From the NCBI GenBank assembly GCA_963827475.1, contig CAWHAZ010000005.1, positions 704,001 to 768,000 of the forward strand: a stretch of 64,000 nucleotides of DNA. The letters run 5' to 3'. The notes beneath the pieces were generated by a model that was not told the origin of the DNA, ran no database searches, and saw nothing but the letters and a program-made list of their open reading frames with translations. Within the stretch, counting starts at the first letter, position 1; each line of letters starts with the position of its first letter. The DNA comes from an uncultured Chloroflexia bacterium (GTDB lineage: Bacteria > Chloroflexota > Limnocylindria > QHBO01). The position numbers and the translations under genes are program-made. Below, one piece after another: positions 41,213 to 49,439 of this stretch.

Positions 41213-42775
41213 TCAGGCCCCGACTTCGGGCGGCTGGGGAGCGGCCGGCAGGTCGACCTCGACCGCCAGCCCGCCGAGCTCGCTCGGTAGCGCGCGCACG
41301 TCGCCGCCCATGGCCTCGACGAGGCCACGGACGACCGCCAGCCCCGTTCCGGTGCCCGTTCGTGCTCCGCCCGCGGGCGTTCCAGCCCGGTAGAACTTCT
41401 CGAACAGGTGGGGGAGCGCGTCTGCGGCAACGCCGGGGCCGCTGTCCTCGACGCGGATGCGGACCACCCCGTCCACCGGAGCTGCCCCGATCCGGATGCG
41501 ACCACCCGCTGGGACGAAGGCCGCGGCGTTGTCGAGCAGGTTGGCCAGGACCTGTCCCAGGAACACGGGATCGGCATACACCGGGGGCAGGTCATCCGGC
41601 CAGTCGTAGGCGAGCTGGCGACCGGTGAGACTGCTTCGGTATCGGTCCACCGCGCTGGTCACCGCCTCGTCAATGGCCAGGACCTCGCGATCCGCCCGCA
41701 GCGACCCGCCCTCGATCCGACCCAGATCGAGAAGGTTGGTCACCATCCGATTCAGGTGATCCGCCTCGCGGTCGATGGCCTCGGCGCTGGCCAGGCGATC
41801 CGCCTCCGGCACCGCTTCGGGCCCTTCGAGGATGGTCCCGGCGGCCGCGCGGATGGTGGCCAGCGGTGTCCGCAGATCGTGCGACACCGACTCGAGGAGG
41901 GCGGTCTTGGCCGCGTCACTCCGGCGCGCGACCTCCGCCGTCCGCGCTTCCGCGGCAAGCCGGTCCTGTTCGTAGGCCTGGCCGATCTGGTCGGCGGCGG
42001 CCGCGAGCAGGCGGGTCGCGCTCCGCCCCGGCTCACCGTCGTGCCGCGCGCGGACGGCCCAGATCGATCCCAAGCTCTCGCCGGCCGCCTCGATCACGAC
42101 GCGATACGCGCGCTGGTCCTGCTCCGTCGGCCTCGGGCCGGCCGGCGGATGGACCTGGATCCATCGCGCAGGCGTGTCTCCCGGCATGCGCCGCAGGACG
42201 ACGTGATCGACCGATGCGTCGGGCACGGCTCCCAGACCACCCGTATCGGTCACCACCCGCTCCCTGCCGCTCGGCCGAGCGAGCGCGACGAGGACCCGTT
42301 CCAGATCCGCCTCGGCCCGCACCGTGCCGGCGAGGTCTGCGAGCACGGTCGCCGTATCGGGCCGCGTCGCGAGTGTCCGGCTGATCCGGAACAGTGCCGT
42401 CGCTTCGTGCTCGCGCTCGATGGCCGCCTGGGCTCGGCTCCGCTGGGCGGCGGCCAGCTGTCCCACCGCGATCCCCAGGACGAGCAAGAGGATCAGGTTG
42501 AGCAACTCCCCCGGGTCGGAAACGGCCAGGGTGAAGTTCGGGTGGACGAAGAGGAAGTTGTAGAGCAGAAACGCGCCGATGGCGGTCGCGATCGCCGGCC
42601 ACACGCCGAGGTACACCGCGCTGGCCAGCACGGCGAGCAGGTACGTGGACGACGCATCGGGCACGCCGACCCCCCGCTCGAGGATCGCGACCAGCACCGA
42701 TGTCGCGGCCAGAAGCAGCGCGACCCCGATCGCGGCCCTGACCGCCGGGACCACCCAGGATCCCCGGATTGCCAC
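41213..42775 (-). CDS. kdpD: KdpD-like sensor kinase (DUF4118 TM + GAF-like + HisKA/HATPase), lacking N-terminal KdpD/Usp domains
   Basis: 4-TM with FLLYNFLF..P..T, SVSHDLRTPL, NLLD..R, NLLDNA, GTGLA. Confidence 0.82.
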   Translation of the reverse strand: MAIRGSWVVPAVRAAIGVALLLAATSVLVAILERGVGVPDASSTYLLAVLASAVYLGVWPAIATAIGAFLLYNFLFVHPNFTLAVSDPGELLNLILLLVLGIAVGQLAAAQRSRAQAAIEREHEATALFRISRTLATRPDTATVLADLAGTVRAEADLERVLVALARPSGRERVVTDTGGLGAVPDASVDHVVLRRMPGDTPARWIQVHPPAGPRPTEQDQRAYRVVIEAAGESLGSIWAVRARHDGEPGRSATRLLAAAADQIGQAYEQDRLAAEARTAEVARRSDAAKTALLESVSHDLRTPLATIRAAAGTILEGPEAVPEADRLASAEAIDREADHLNRMVTNLLDLGRIEGGSLRADREVLAIDEAVTSAVDRYRSSLTGRQLAYDWPDDLPPVYADPVFLGQVLANLLDNAAAFVPAGGRIRIGAAPVDGVVRIRVEDSGPGVAADALPHLFEKFYRAGTPAGGARTGTGTGLAVVRGLVEAMGGDVRALPSELGGLAVEVDLPAAPQPPEVGA

Positions 42776-42851
42776 GCGAGCATGGTAGGCGGCGCCGGGG
42801 ACTCGATCCGGCGGCTTCTCGTGGCGCCCGTGGCATACTGGCCCGACTCGA

Positions 42852-42929
<78 letters not shown>

Positions 42930-42947
42930 TCAATCTGAGCACGAAAT

Positions 42948-42977
42948 GGCCCCTCTCGGCCCGACGCCGGAGGGGCC
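42948..42977 (+). terminator. Stem-loop downstream of tRNA-Pro
   Basis: GGCCCCTC(T)CGGC-ccgac-GCCGGAGGGGCC hairpin. Confidence 0.55.
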
Positions 42978-43011
42978 TCTCGTTGGGCCTGTAACGGCCA
43001 GGATGCGCTCA

Positions 43012-43059
43012 CGACCTCTCGAAGAGCCTAGGAAGCCCAGGTGGGCGTCGAGATCTGAC
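43012..43059 (+). repeat. 48-bp inter-gene repeat, copy R1 (divergent)
   Basis: cgacctctcgaagagCCTAGGaagcccaggtgggcgtcgagatctgac; 35/48 identical to R3 ungapped. Confidence 0.75.
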
Positions 43060-43120
43060 GCATACTGCGCCGCGTGGAGCGGGAGCTCCCCAGCGGAGCC
43101 CTTCGGAGGACGGAGCGACC

Positions 43121-43693
43121 ATGACGGCAATCGGACTACCTCGGACCGCAGCCGAGCGGACTCTCGGGCTCCAATGGGTTCTCGCAGTCGTGATCGGCTG
43201 GGTCATCGGTTTCTTCGTGTGCGAATGGCTCGAAGAGTTCCTGTCCACAGCCTTCGTTGATGGGCTGGTCATTGGCACCGCCGTGGGCATCGCCCAGGGA
43301 CTCGTCCTTCGGAAGGGGATCGCTCCCGTCCTCCCTTGGGTGGCGCTTAGCATCGTGGGCTTCGCGATCGGGAAGCTCGTGAGCGATCTCGTCGGCCAGG
43401 CCATGCCGGAGCCGCTCGGAGTGGTCCTGGGAGGGGCCGTGATCGGTCTGTCGGCGGGAATGGCCCAGTGGCTGATCCTGAGGCGCCGATTCCCCCAGGC
43501 GGGGTGGTGGATCGGGGCCAATGTACTGGGCTGGGCCGCAGGCTGGAGCCTGATCACCGCTGCGGAGGGTTCCGATGTCTCCGTCGCGATGATCTATGCG
43601 CTAGGAGCAGCGGGCGCTGCGCTGGTCGGAATCGTCACAGGCATCGCCCTCATTGGCTTGGTACGCGAGCCGATTGCCACTCCCGAGCGGTGA
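43121..43693 (+). CDS. Multi-pass membrane protein with repeated G..QW.ILR units
   Basis: 190 aa, ~6 TMs, GGAG SD; stop abuts repeat R2. Confidence 0.8.
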   Translation: MTAIGLPRTAAERTLGLQWVLAVVIGWVIGFFVCEWLEEFLSTAFVDGLVIGTAVGIAQGLVLRKGIAPVLPWVALSIVGFAIGKLVSDLVGQAMPEPLGVVLGGAVIGLSAGMAQWLILRRRFPQAGWWIGANVLGWAAGWSLITAAEGSDVSVAMIYALGAAGAALVGIVTGIALIGLVREPIATPER

Positions 43694-43741
43694 TCGCCTC
43701 TCGGGGAGCCTAGGGAACCGAGGTAAGCGTCGGGAGCCGGC
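43694..43741 (+). repeat. 48-bp inter-gene repeat, copy R2
   Basis: tcgcctctcggggagCCTAGGgaaccgaggtaagcgtcgggagccggc; 39/48 identical to R3. Confidence 0.88.
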
Positions 43742-43779
43742 TGTAATACCCATGTTCAGGCCACCCGGACACCCCTAGA

Positions 43780-45104
43780 GTGGCCGACGTGCCACACGAG
43801 GAAATCTCAATTCGGCATCGGTTGGGCACGTGGGTCCACCAGCACCAGCGGGCTGGCGGAATCGGCCTCACGCTGGCGGCCTTCGCCCTTCTCGGCATCG
43901 CGGTTCTCATTGGCTGGGCGATCGTGACTGGGTCGCCGCCGCCATCCGCAAGCGTCGGCCCTTTGAGCACTCCAGAACAACCGTCATCGGTCGAGCCAAC
44001 GCAAGCTGCGACAGCCACCCCGAGCCTATCCCTAAGCCCTGCCCCGGCCGCCGGATGGACGCCGGTCGTAATCCCTGGAATCGCCTACCTGAACAGCATC
44101 GCCGAGCACGATGGCCGGCTGCTCGCCGCCGGCTTCAGCGCGGGCGTCAGCGCCGGCGTCGGGTCCTTGGCCACCAGCGACGATGGCGTGACCTGGACAT
44201 CGGTGCTGGACCCCGGGTACCAGTTCTTCTCCGTGGCAGCTGGCGAGCCGGGCTTCATCTCCGTGGCAACGCGGTACGCGGTGCCGATGGGAATGCCGGA
44301 ACACGCGTACCTGTACTCCGATGACGGCCGTACGTGGCATGAGGCAGTTCCACCCGCGGAATGCTTCGCAGGGTCGATTGAGCCTTACGAGGGGGGGTTC
44401 ATCGGGCTCGGTGGAGAGTGCCGGGCCGAGGGAGATTTTCGGCCGAGCGCGCTCCATATGATCGGCTCGCCAGACGGCCGCTCTTGGACGTCGCAGATCA
44501 ACGACCAGATGCTCGCGGACTCGTGGGCCACCGATGGCCGCCGATTAGTGCTCTTCCAACACGACCGGAGTGGCCAGGCACCCCCCGAGATCTGGATCAG
44601 CGACGACGCGGCACAGAACTGGCGCAATGTGCCAGGTGCCCTTCCGGCCGGCGTTCACGTGGGCTGCTGTGAGTATGGGCACGGGCAGTTTCTAGCACCG
44701 GGAGGCTGGCTGAGGCGCGAAGGCGATCCAGATCCCGCGGTCTGCGTCTCCGCCGATGGGGAGCGTTGGAGTTGCGAGGTCATCCCACCGCTCAGCGGCG
44801 AACTGGCTGGCCGTGGCTATCTGGGGCGCGCAATCGCGGTCACGCCGACGGGTTATGCGTCGCTGGTGGAGTACACCAAGAATCCGTTCCCCCGTACGAC
44901 TTTTCGACTGACATGGTCAGCGCGAGCTCGCGGGACGGGCTCCACTGGAGTTTCGAATTGGTGCCGGAGCTCGCCAACAAGCTGCCGACCGGTCTCGTGT
45001 GGACCAGCTACGGCCTCTTTGCCTGGGGCGGGACCGTCCCGAACGTGCAGATCGGGGACCTTTCGGAACCGTACATCGACGTGCAGCGGGCTCCGCTGCC
45101 GTGA
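43780..45104 (+). CDS. Membrane-anchored extracellular Asp-box (BNR)/beta-propeller protein, frameshift near 44900
   Basis: TM helix, P/S/T linker, repeated S.DG..W motifs (SDDGVTW, SDDGRTW, SPDGRSW, SADGERW, SRDGLHW). Confidence 0.75.
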
Positions 45105-45220
45105 CCTTCGTTGCGCGGGCGAATGGGTCGAGCTTGACAGTGGCGCAAGGCCCATGGCAACCCCCGGGTCGCTCCATACCCCCATAACGTAGGTTCGCCC
45201 CGGCGGAGCTCCCGGCGGTT

Positions 45221-45268
45221 CGACCTCTCGGGGAGCTGCAGGAACCGAGGTGGGCGTCGGGAGCCGGC
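45221..45268 (+). repeat. 48-bp inter-gene repeat, copy R3
   Basis: cgacctctcggggagCTGCAGgaaccgaggtgggcgtcgggagccggc; identical to R5. Confidence 0.93.
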
Positions 45269-45444
45269 TAATCCGGCGGTGCTGCGTCGCACCACATTTC
45301 CCACTAGGCGCAGTCTGATCGGGTTTCGGCCTGTCATAGTGACTGGGTCCGGCATCGACGAGATGCGTCGGCAACCCTTGGAATGGGGGGCGTGCATTCG
45401 TCGGATGGCGGCGATTCGAAGGGCTCAGGCGCTGGAGGAAGTCC

Positions 45445-46173
45445 ATGAAGCGCCTCTCCATAATCGTCGCGGTCGCCGCGATGGCAGCGTTGATCTCGGC
45501 TCCGGTCGCTGCCGCAAAGCCGTTCCAGAATGTCTTCATCTCGAATGCGGCCGCCCTTGTCGCTTCGATCGCCCCCAACGATGGCCGGAATACGCAGCTA
45601 CTCATCCTTGGCAGCGACTATCGTGAGGTTTCTGGCGGGGTAAATGGATCCGGCGGAAGCTTCGCCCAGAGCTTCGCCTTTGTGGATGGCATCCAGCGGT
45701 ATTGCGACGCTGCGTCCAACGACCTAATCACTCGCAACATCAATGGCTTGAATCTCGAGGTCGGAGCAGCTGGTGTCACAGTCCATCGACTCGGGAATTC
45801 TGGTCGGATCCAGGCCGTCTTGGCTGACGTTCTAGTCTCTGAATTCCATCTCCATTATCCGGAGCCTGGCTGCACCGGCCTCGACCCCGTGCTCACATTT
45901 GAGTTCGGGACGGCGACGATCACCCTCGACGTCACCTTCAGCTCAACGGCCCCGACCAGTCCAGCACCGCCACTCACGCTGACCCTTCCATACAAACCGG
46001 GTCTGGGGGTTGACGTCAGCATCAGCAGTCAATTGCAGGCGCCAGCTGTGCTATCCGGAACAGTTCACGCGACCGATCCAGATTGGGACATCGGTGACGT
46101 CAGCTCGGTCCCGGCGTCACAGTGCTTCATCGCAAAGAGCAGCAACCTCGCAATAACCGTGCGGACACCTTAG
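45445..46173 (+). CDS. Secreted hypothetical protein
   Basis: GGAGG SD, signal peptide MKRLSIIVAVAAMAALISAPVAA, atypical lower-GC codon usage. Confidence 0.75.
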   Translation: MKRLSIIVAVAAMAALISAPVAAAKPFQNVFISNAAALVASIAPNDGRNTQLLILGSDYREVSGGVNGSGGSFAQSFAFVDGIQRYCDAASNDLITRNINGLNLEVGAAGVTVHRLGNSGRIQAVLADVLVSEFHLHYPEPGCTGLDPVLTFEFGTATITLDVTFSSTAPTSPAPPLTLTLPYKPGLGVDVSISSQLQAPAVLSGTVHATDPDWDIGDVSSVPASQCFIAKSSNLAITVRTP

Positions 46174-46236
46174 CGGCGCTCCCAGAAACCTGAGACCGCG
46201 CCCAGACACCGATTGACGGTCTCCGACGGCTGAAAC

Positions 46237-46270
46237 GAGCCAGTAGCCGAGGCGGGCGTCGGGAGCCGGC
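46237..46270 (+). repeat. Inter-gene repeat, copy R4 (right part only)
   Basis: gagccagtagccgaggcgggcgtcgggagccggc; last 24 nt match R3 at 23/24. Confidence 0.8.
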
Positions 46271-46612
46271 TACGGCTCCGTTGGAGCGGCGTCTGTCATG
46301 CGACCCGCCGTGTCGTGGTCGCAGACTCGGCATTCGTAGACACCCTTGGACTTGCTCCACCATTGGCCGAACAGTACGGAGCCGCAGTTGGTGCAGACCG
46401 GCTGTGGACCGCTCCGCTGAGTGGCCGCAACGGTCCTTCCCAGCCCGACCACGAGAAGGACGCCCATCCCCGCCATCCACAACATGATCGGTAGGAGGAC
46501 TCCGATGTACCTCGCCGCCCGACCTCGGGTCGCTATAGATCTGGACAACCCAGAGACCCATCACGAGGGTCAGGATGCCGACGGCGGCCAGCCAACGGGC
46601 GAGAGTATTCAC
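46270..46612 (-). CDS. Small 2-TM protein with C-terminal Zn ribbon, frameshift near 46520
   Basis: MNTLARWLAAVGILTLVMGLW.. joined to ..YIGVLLPIMLWMAGMGVLLVV..CTNCG..YECRVCD; -10 TAGGCT 6 nt before GTG. Confidence 0.6.
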
Positions 46613-46672
46613 GGCGACAGCCTAATACGACATGGGGCGCGAATATGCGCCCCGGCTCATGCGGTCAGCCTG

Positions 46673-46720
46673 CGACCTCTCGGGGAGCTGCAGGAACCGA
46701 GGTGGGCGTCGGGAGCCGGC
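46673..46720 (+). repeat. 48-bp inter-gene repeat, copy R5
   Basis: 48/48 identical to R3. Confidence 0.93.
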
Positions 46721-46754
46721 CTAGCCCGATTGCGACAGGCCAAACACTTACGGG

Positions 46755-47114
46755 CTAGCTGATGTCCCAGATCACGGCGCCGACGAGCGGTCGCAAGACC
46801 GAGAAGCTGTACTGTGCCCCGATCGGCAGGTCCATGAATGCCGTCGCCTCGCGATTGAGCCTGCCCCAGTCGCTATCAGGGTCCCTTGCCGCCTCCTCCA
46901 TCGCGTCGAAGGTGGCCATCGAATCGAAGCGCCACAGCAGCCGGTATTCGCCGGCCTTCTTCTCGGAGCTGAAATACACGATATAGGTTCCGAGGTACTC
47001 GACCCCTGGAGGACTGACTTCCTTGGTGAGCCGGTCGGTCTCTTCGGTCCACTTTTGGAACGCCTCTTCTTGACCGCGCTTGACGTTGAACCCTTGCTCG
47101 ACGATCAGTGACAC
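46755..47114 (-). CDS. Hypothetical protein, possible dimeric alpha+beta barrel (ABM/NIPSNAP-like)
   Basis: F.VK.GQEEAF..W, GVEYLGTY, W.FDSMA.FD pattern; AAGGAG upstream. Confidence 0.65.
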   Translation of the reverse strand: MSLIVEQGFNVKRGQEEAFQKWTEETDRLTKEVSPPGVEYLGTYIVYFSSEKKAGEYRLLWRFDSMATFDAMEEAARDPDSDWGRLNREATAFMDLPIGAQYSFSVLRPLVGAVIWDIS

Positions 47115-47179
47115 CTCAAGACTCCTTCAGGTGCGGGATTGCTGGTGGCGTCGATCTTAGGTCTGGGTACCATCCCGGG

Positions 47180-47419
47180 GTGTCAGGACTCACCATCGCA
47201 CCGCTTGGCTGGGCTCAGGGCGACGACGCCCGGTGGCATCGGATCTACGCCGTATCCGGCTTCCTGAAGAGCGGCGATCTGTGGGTCGCCAACTGCTCCT
47301 CCAGCGTCACGCCGTCCGAGTCCGCCCTCCTCGAGGAGGTCCCGACCGGTGGCGTCGGCCCGAGCTGCCGGGCGGCGGACAACGAGGTCGCGCTGGCGAT
47401 CGACCATCTGCTCCTGTGA
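47180..47419 (+). CDS. Small hypothetical protein
   Basis: GTG 6 nt after TACCAT; 79 aa; followed by GAGG and the next ATG. Confidence 0.45.
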   Translation: MSGLTIAPLGWAQGDDARWHRIYAVSGFLKSGDLWVANCSSSVTPSESALLEEVPTGGVGPSCRAADNEVALAIDHLLL

Positions 47420-47427
47420 GGTAGGTA

Positions 47428-47712
47428 ATGGACTACATGGAGAGCATGCCCACCGAGATCCCACGGGACCGGGTGCTCGTCCACAACAACGTCAAGCCCA
47501 CCCGGCACCTGGGCGCTCGTGGGTTCCGGGCATGGTTCCAGGCATCGGTGGCCAGGTTGGAGCCGTGCCCTTGCGACTGGTCCGGCCTCAGGCACTACCG
47601 GGTCACGCCGCAGCGAGCCGTAGGGCCATCGGTACACTCCAACCGATGTCCCGGCCTCCCGCCTCCGAGCCGCGCTGCCTCCGCTGCGACATTGCCACTG
47701 ACCGTCCTGTAA
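47428..47712 (+). CDS. Small hypothetical protein with CPC..W..HYR motif
   Basis: SD-like GAGGT upstream; VLVHN.V..GFRAW..CPCDW.GL.HYR looks like a real protein. Confidence 0.55.
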   Translation: MDYMESMPTEIPRDRVLVHNNVKPTRHLGARGFRAWFQASVARLEPCPCDWSGLRHYRVTPQRAVGPSVHSNRCPGLPPPSRAASAATLPLTVL

Positions 47713-47812
47713 CCCTTTCTGTAGCCCTTAGCGCGTGGTTTTGGGGGCTACGGATACTCGCCCCTGGACGGTTTGCACGCTCAAATCGAACCGCCCGAGC
47801 GTGGCTGCGCGA

Positions 47813-47861
47813 GAATGGGGTTCAAGAGGTCGCTGGTTCGAATCCAGTCGCCCCGACCATC
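47813..47861 (+). repeat. att-like duplicate of the tRNA-Pro 3' half (island 1 end)
   Basis: gaatggggttcaagaggtcgctggttcgaatccagtcgccccgaccatc, identical to 42883-42931. Confidence 0.95.
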
Positions 47862-48000
47862 TTTGTGGCCAAGGGTAGGACCCTTCCCAAGGCGATCCTG
47901 CGGGTGTAGCGTTCAGACGGCGCATGCCCAGCGCCGAGGGCAGACAGGCTCGGTGGGGCGACCTTCACGTGTCCGAAGCCACCGCTGAATCGAGTTCCTC

Positions 48001-48282
48001 ATGCTTGGCCGAGTACGCTGCCCCGGTAGTCAGACCCCTCGGCACACGCGTGCCCGGGCCCTGGGGAGAAAGGGGAGGGACACGCCTCTCACGATTGTCA
48101 ATCGGACCAAGACGGTCCGATGGGTTGGCACGCGCCAGGCCCACGCCTATCCCATGGGCAAGGACTACATCGGCTCTCGGTCATTGTGTGGCCGGGAGGA
48201 GCTCATCGAGGGCCTCCGAGTGTCGATGGACAGTGGGAATCCCAGGTGCGCCGACTGCCAATGGCTACTCGCAAGAGTGTGA
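48001..48282 (+). CDS. His/Cys3 zinc-finger mini-protein, copy 1 (start uncertain)
   Basis: VRWVGTRQAHAYPM..SLCG..NPRCADC. Confidence 0.6.
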   Translation: MLGRVRCPGSQTPRHTRARALGRKGRDTPLTIVNRTKTVRWVGTRQAHAYPMGKDYIGSRSLCGREELIEGLRVSMDSGNPRCADCQWLLARV

Positions 48283-48480
48283 CTTGACCCCGAGGCCCGG
48301 AGCTTGCCCCTCCGGGCCTTGTGGTTTCCGGCCCCAGCGCCGCTGCTCGGTGGTGCGATCTTTACGTTTGCGAAGCCACGCCTGAATCGAGTTCCCCCAT
48401 GCTTCGCCGGGTACGCTGCCCGAACAGATCTGGCCCCTCGGCAGACGCGTACCTGCGCCGAGGGGTCTTTCCGACCCAAG

Positions 48481-48692
48481 GTGGACGAAACGCCTCTCAC
48501 GATTCTCCATCGGACCAGGACGGTCCGATGGGTTGGCACCCGCCAATCCCACGCCTATCCCATGATCAAGAACTACATCGGCTCCCGTTCGTTGTGTGGT
48601 CGGGCGGAGCTCATCGAGGGCCTCCGAGTGTCCATGGACAGTGGAAATCCCGAAGTGCCCCGAATGCGAATGGCTGCACGCAAGAAAGTGAC
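48481..48692 (+). CDS. His/Cys3 zinc-finger mini-protein, copy 2 (1-nt indel near 48650)
   Basis: VRWVGTRQSHAYPM..SLCG..NP then KCPECEW in the shifted frame. Confidence 0.55.
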
Positions 48693-48701
48693 GACGACCA
48701 G

Positions 48702-48908
48702 GTGAACCGAATCCGACTTCTCCGCCGCTCCCGGGTCCGCTGGCTTGGCGTCCGCCAGGCCCACGCCTATCCCATGACCAGGGATCTCATTGACTCCAAG
48801 TCGCTGTGCGGCGCAGAAGAGCTCCTGCTCGGGGTTCGCGCCTCACGGGATAGTCGCTATCCCAAGTGCCCCCAGTGCGAGTGGCTGGACGGCCAGAGCG
48901 CCGCGTAA
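48702..48908 (+). CDS. His/Cys3 zinc-finger mini-protein, copy 3
   Basis: VRWLGVRQAHAYPM..SLCG..YPKCPQCEW. Confidence 0.6.
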   Translation: MNRIRLLRRSRVRWLGVRQAHAYPMTRDLIDSKSLCGAEELLLGVRASRDSRYPKCPQCEWLDGQSAA

Positions 48909-48969
48909 CCCCCACGAGCGCCCACCTGCACGCTGACATCGGGGTCCCGAGCGTGGTCTAGACTGACGC

Positions 48970-49000
48970 GGTTCAGGAGGTCGCTGGCTCGAACCAGTCG
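48970..49000 (+). repeat. Degenerate second att-like tRNA-Pro fragment (island 2 end)
   Basis: ggttcaggaggtcgctggctcgaa-ccagtcg versus tRNA ggttcaagaggtcgctggttcgaatccagtcg. Confidence 0.8.
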
Positions 49001-49034
49001 TGACCGTCCGACGGGGGCCGTGAGGAGGTATGGC

Positions 49035-49397
49035 ATGGGATTTCTCGTCGCCGTCCTGGTCAACACGGCAGCCCTGTGGGTGGCCGTGTATCTGCTCCCC
49101 GGGCTCGAGTTCCAGGGCGAGTGGTACCAGTGGCTCATCCTCGGCCTGATCTTCGGGGTGGTGAACGCCATCGTGAAGCCGATCCTGAAGCTCCTCACCT
49201 TCCCGATCACGATGGTCACCCTCGGGCTGTTCCTGCTCGTCCTCAACGCGCTGATGCTGTACCTCACCAGCGCCCTGGCCGGACCGATCCTGTCGGCGTT
49301 CACGATCAGCAGCTTCGTGGACGCGCTCCTGGGCGCGATCATCATCGCGGTGGTCGGGATGGTCCTCCACGCCGGCGCGCGGCGGATGGGCGTCTAG
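49035..49397 (+). CDS. YvlD/DUF360 4-TMS 'phage holin family' membrane protein
   Basis: VNAIVKPILKLLTFP...TLGLFLLVLNA. Confidence 0.88.
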   Translation: MGFLVAVLVNTAALWVAVYLLPGLEFQGEWYQWLILGLIFGVVNAIVKPILKLLTFPITMVTLGLFLLVLNALMLYLTSALAGPILSAFTISSFVDALLGAIIIAVVGMVLHAGARRMGV

Positions 49398-49439
49398 CCG
49401 CCCGTTCGCGGCCGCTCTGCCCGTCCCGCGACTCCACGC

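Larger units (their letters stand above)
47927..48908 (+). repeat. Tandem ~400-bp duplication plus third partial copy
   Basis: 47927-48282 aligns to 48333-48692 including upstream DNA; 48702-48908 is a diverged coding-only copy. Confidence 0.88.

Noticed and set aside
43694-43741. Repeat as a conserved coding peptide (RPLGELQEPRWASGAG)
   Set aside because: R2 has an in-frame TAA in that frame and the copies are intergenic.
43012-46720. CRISPR array interpretation of the 48-bp repeats
   Set aside because: Spacers are 0.4-1.5 kb and each contains a gene; no cas genes in the window.
43012-46720. Classical integron attC array
   Set aside because: No RYYYAAC/GTTRRRY boxes, no intI, genes in both orientations and some with their own promoters.
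47813-47861. Second functional tRNA-Pro
   Set aside because: Lacks the 5' acceptor strand and D-arm; only the 3' half is present.
49035-49397. Prophage suggested by a 'phage holin family' gene next to the att fragment
   Set aside because: YvlD-type proteins are common chromosomal genes; it lies outside the att-bounded segments and no phage genes are present.
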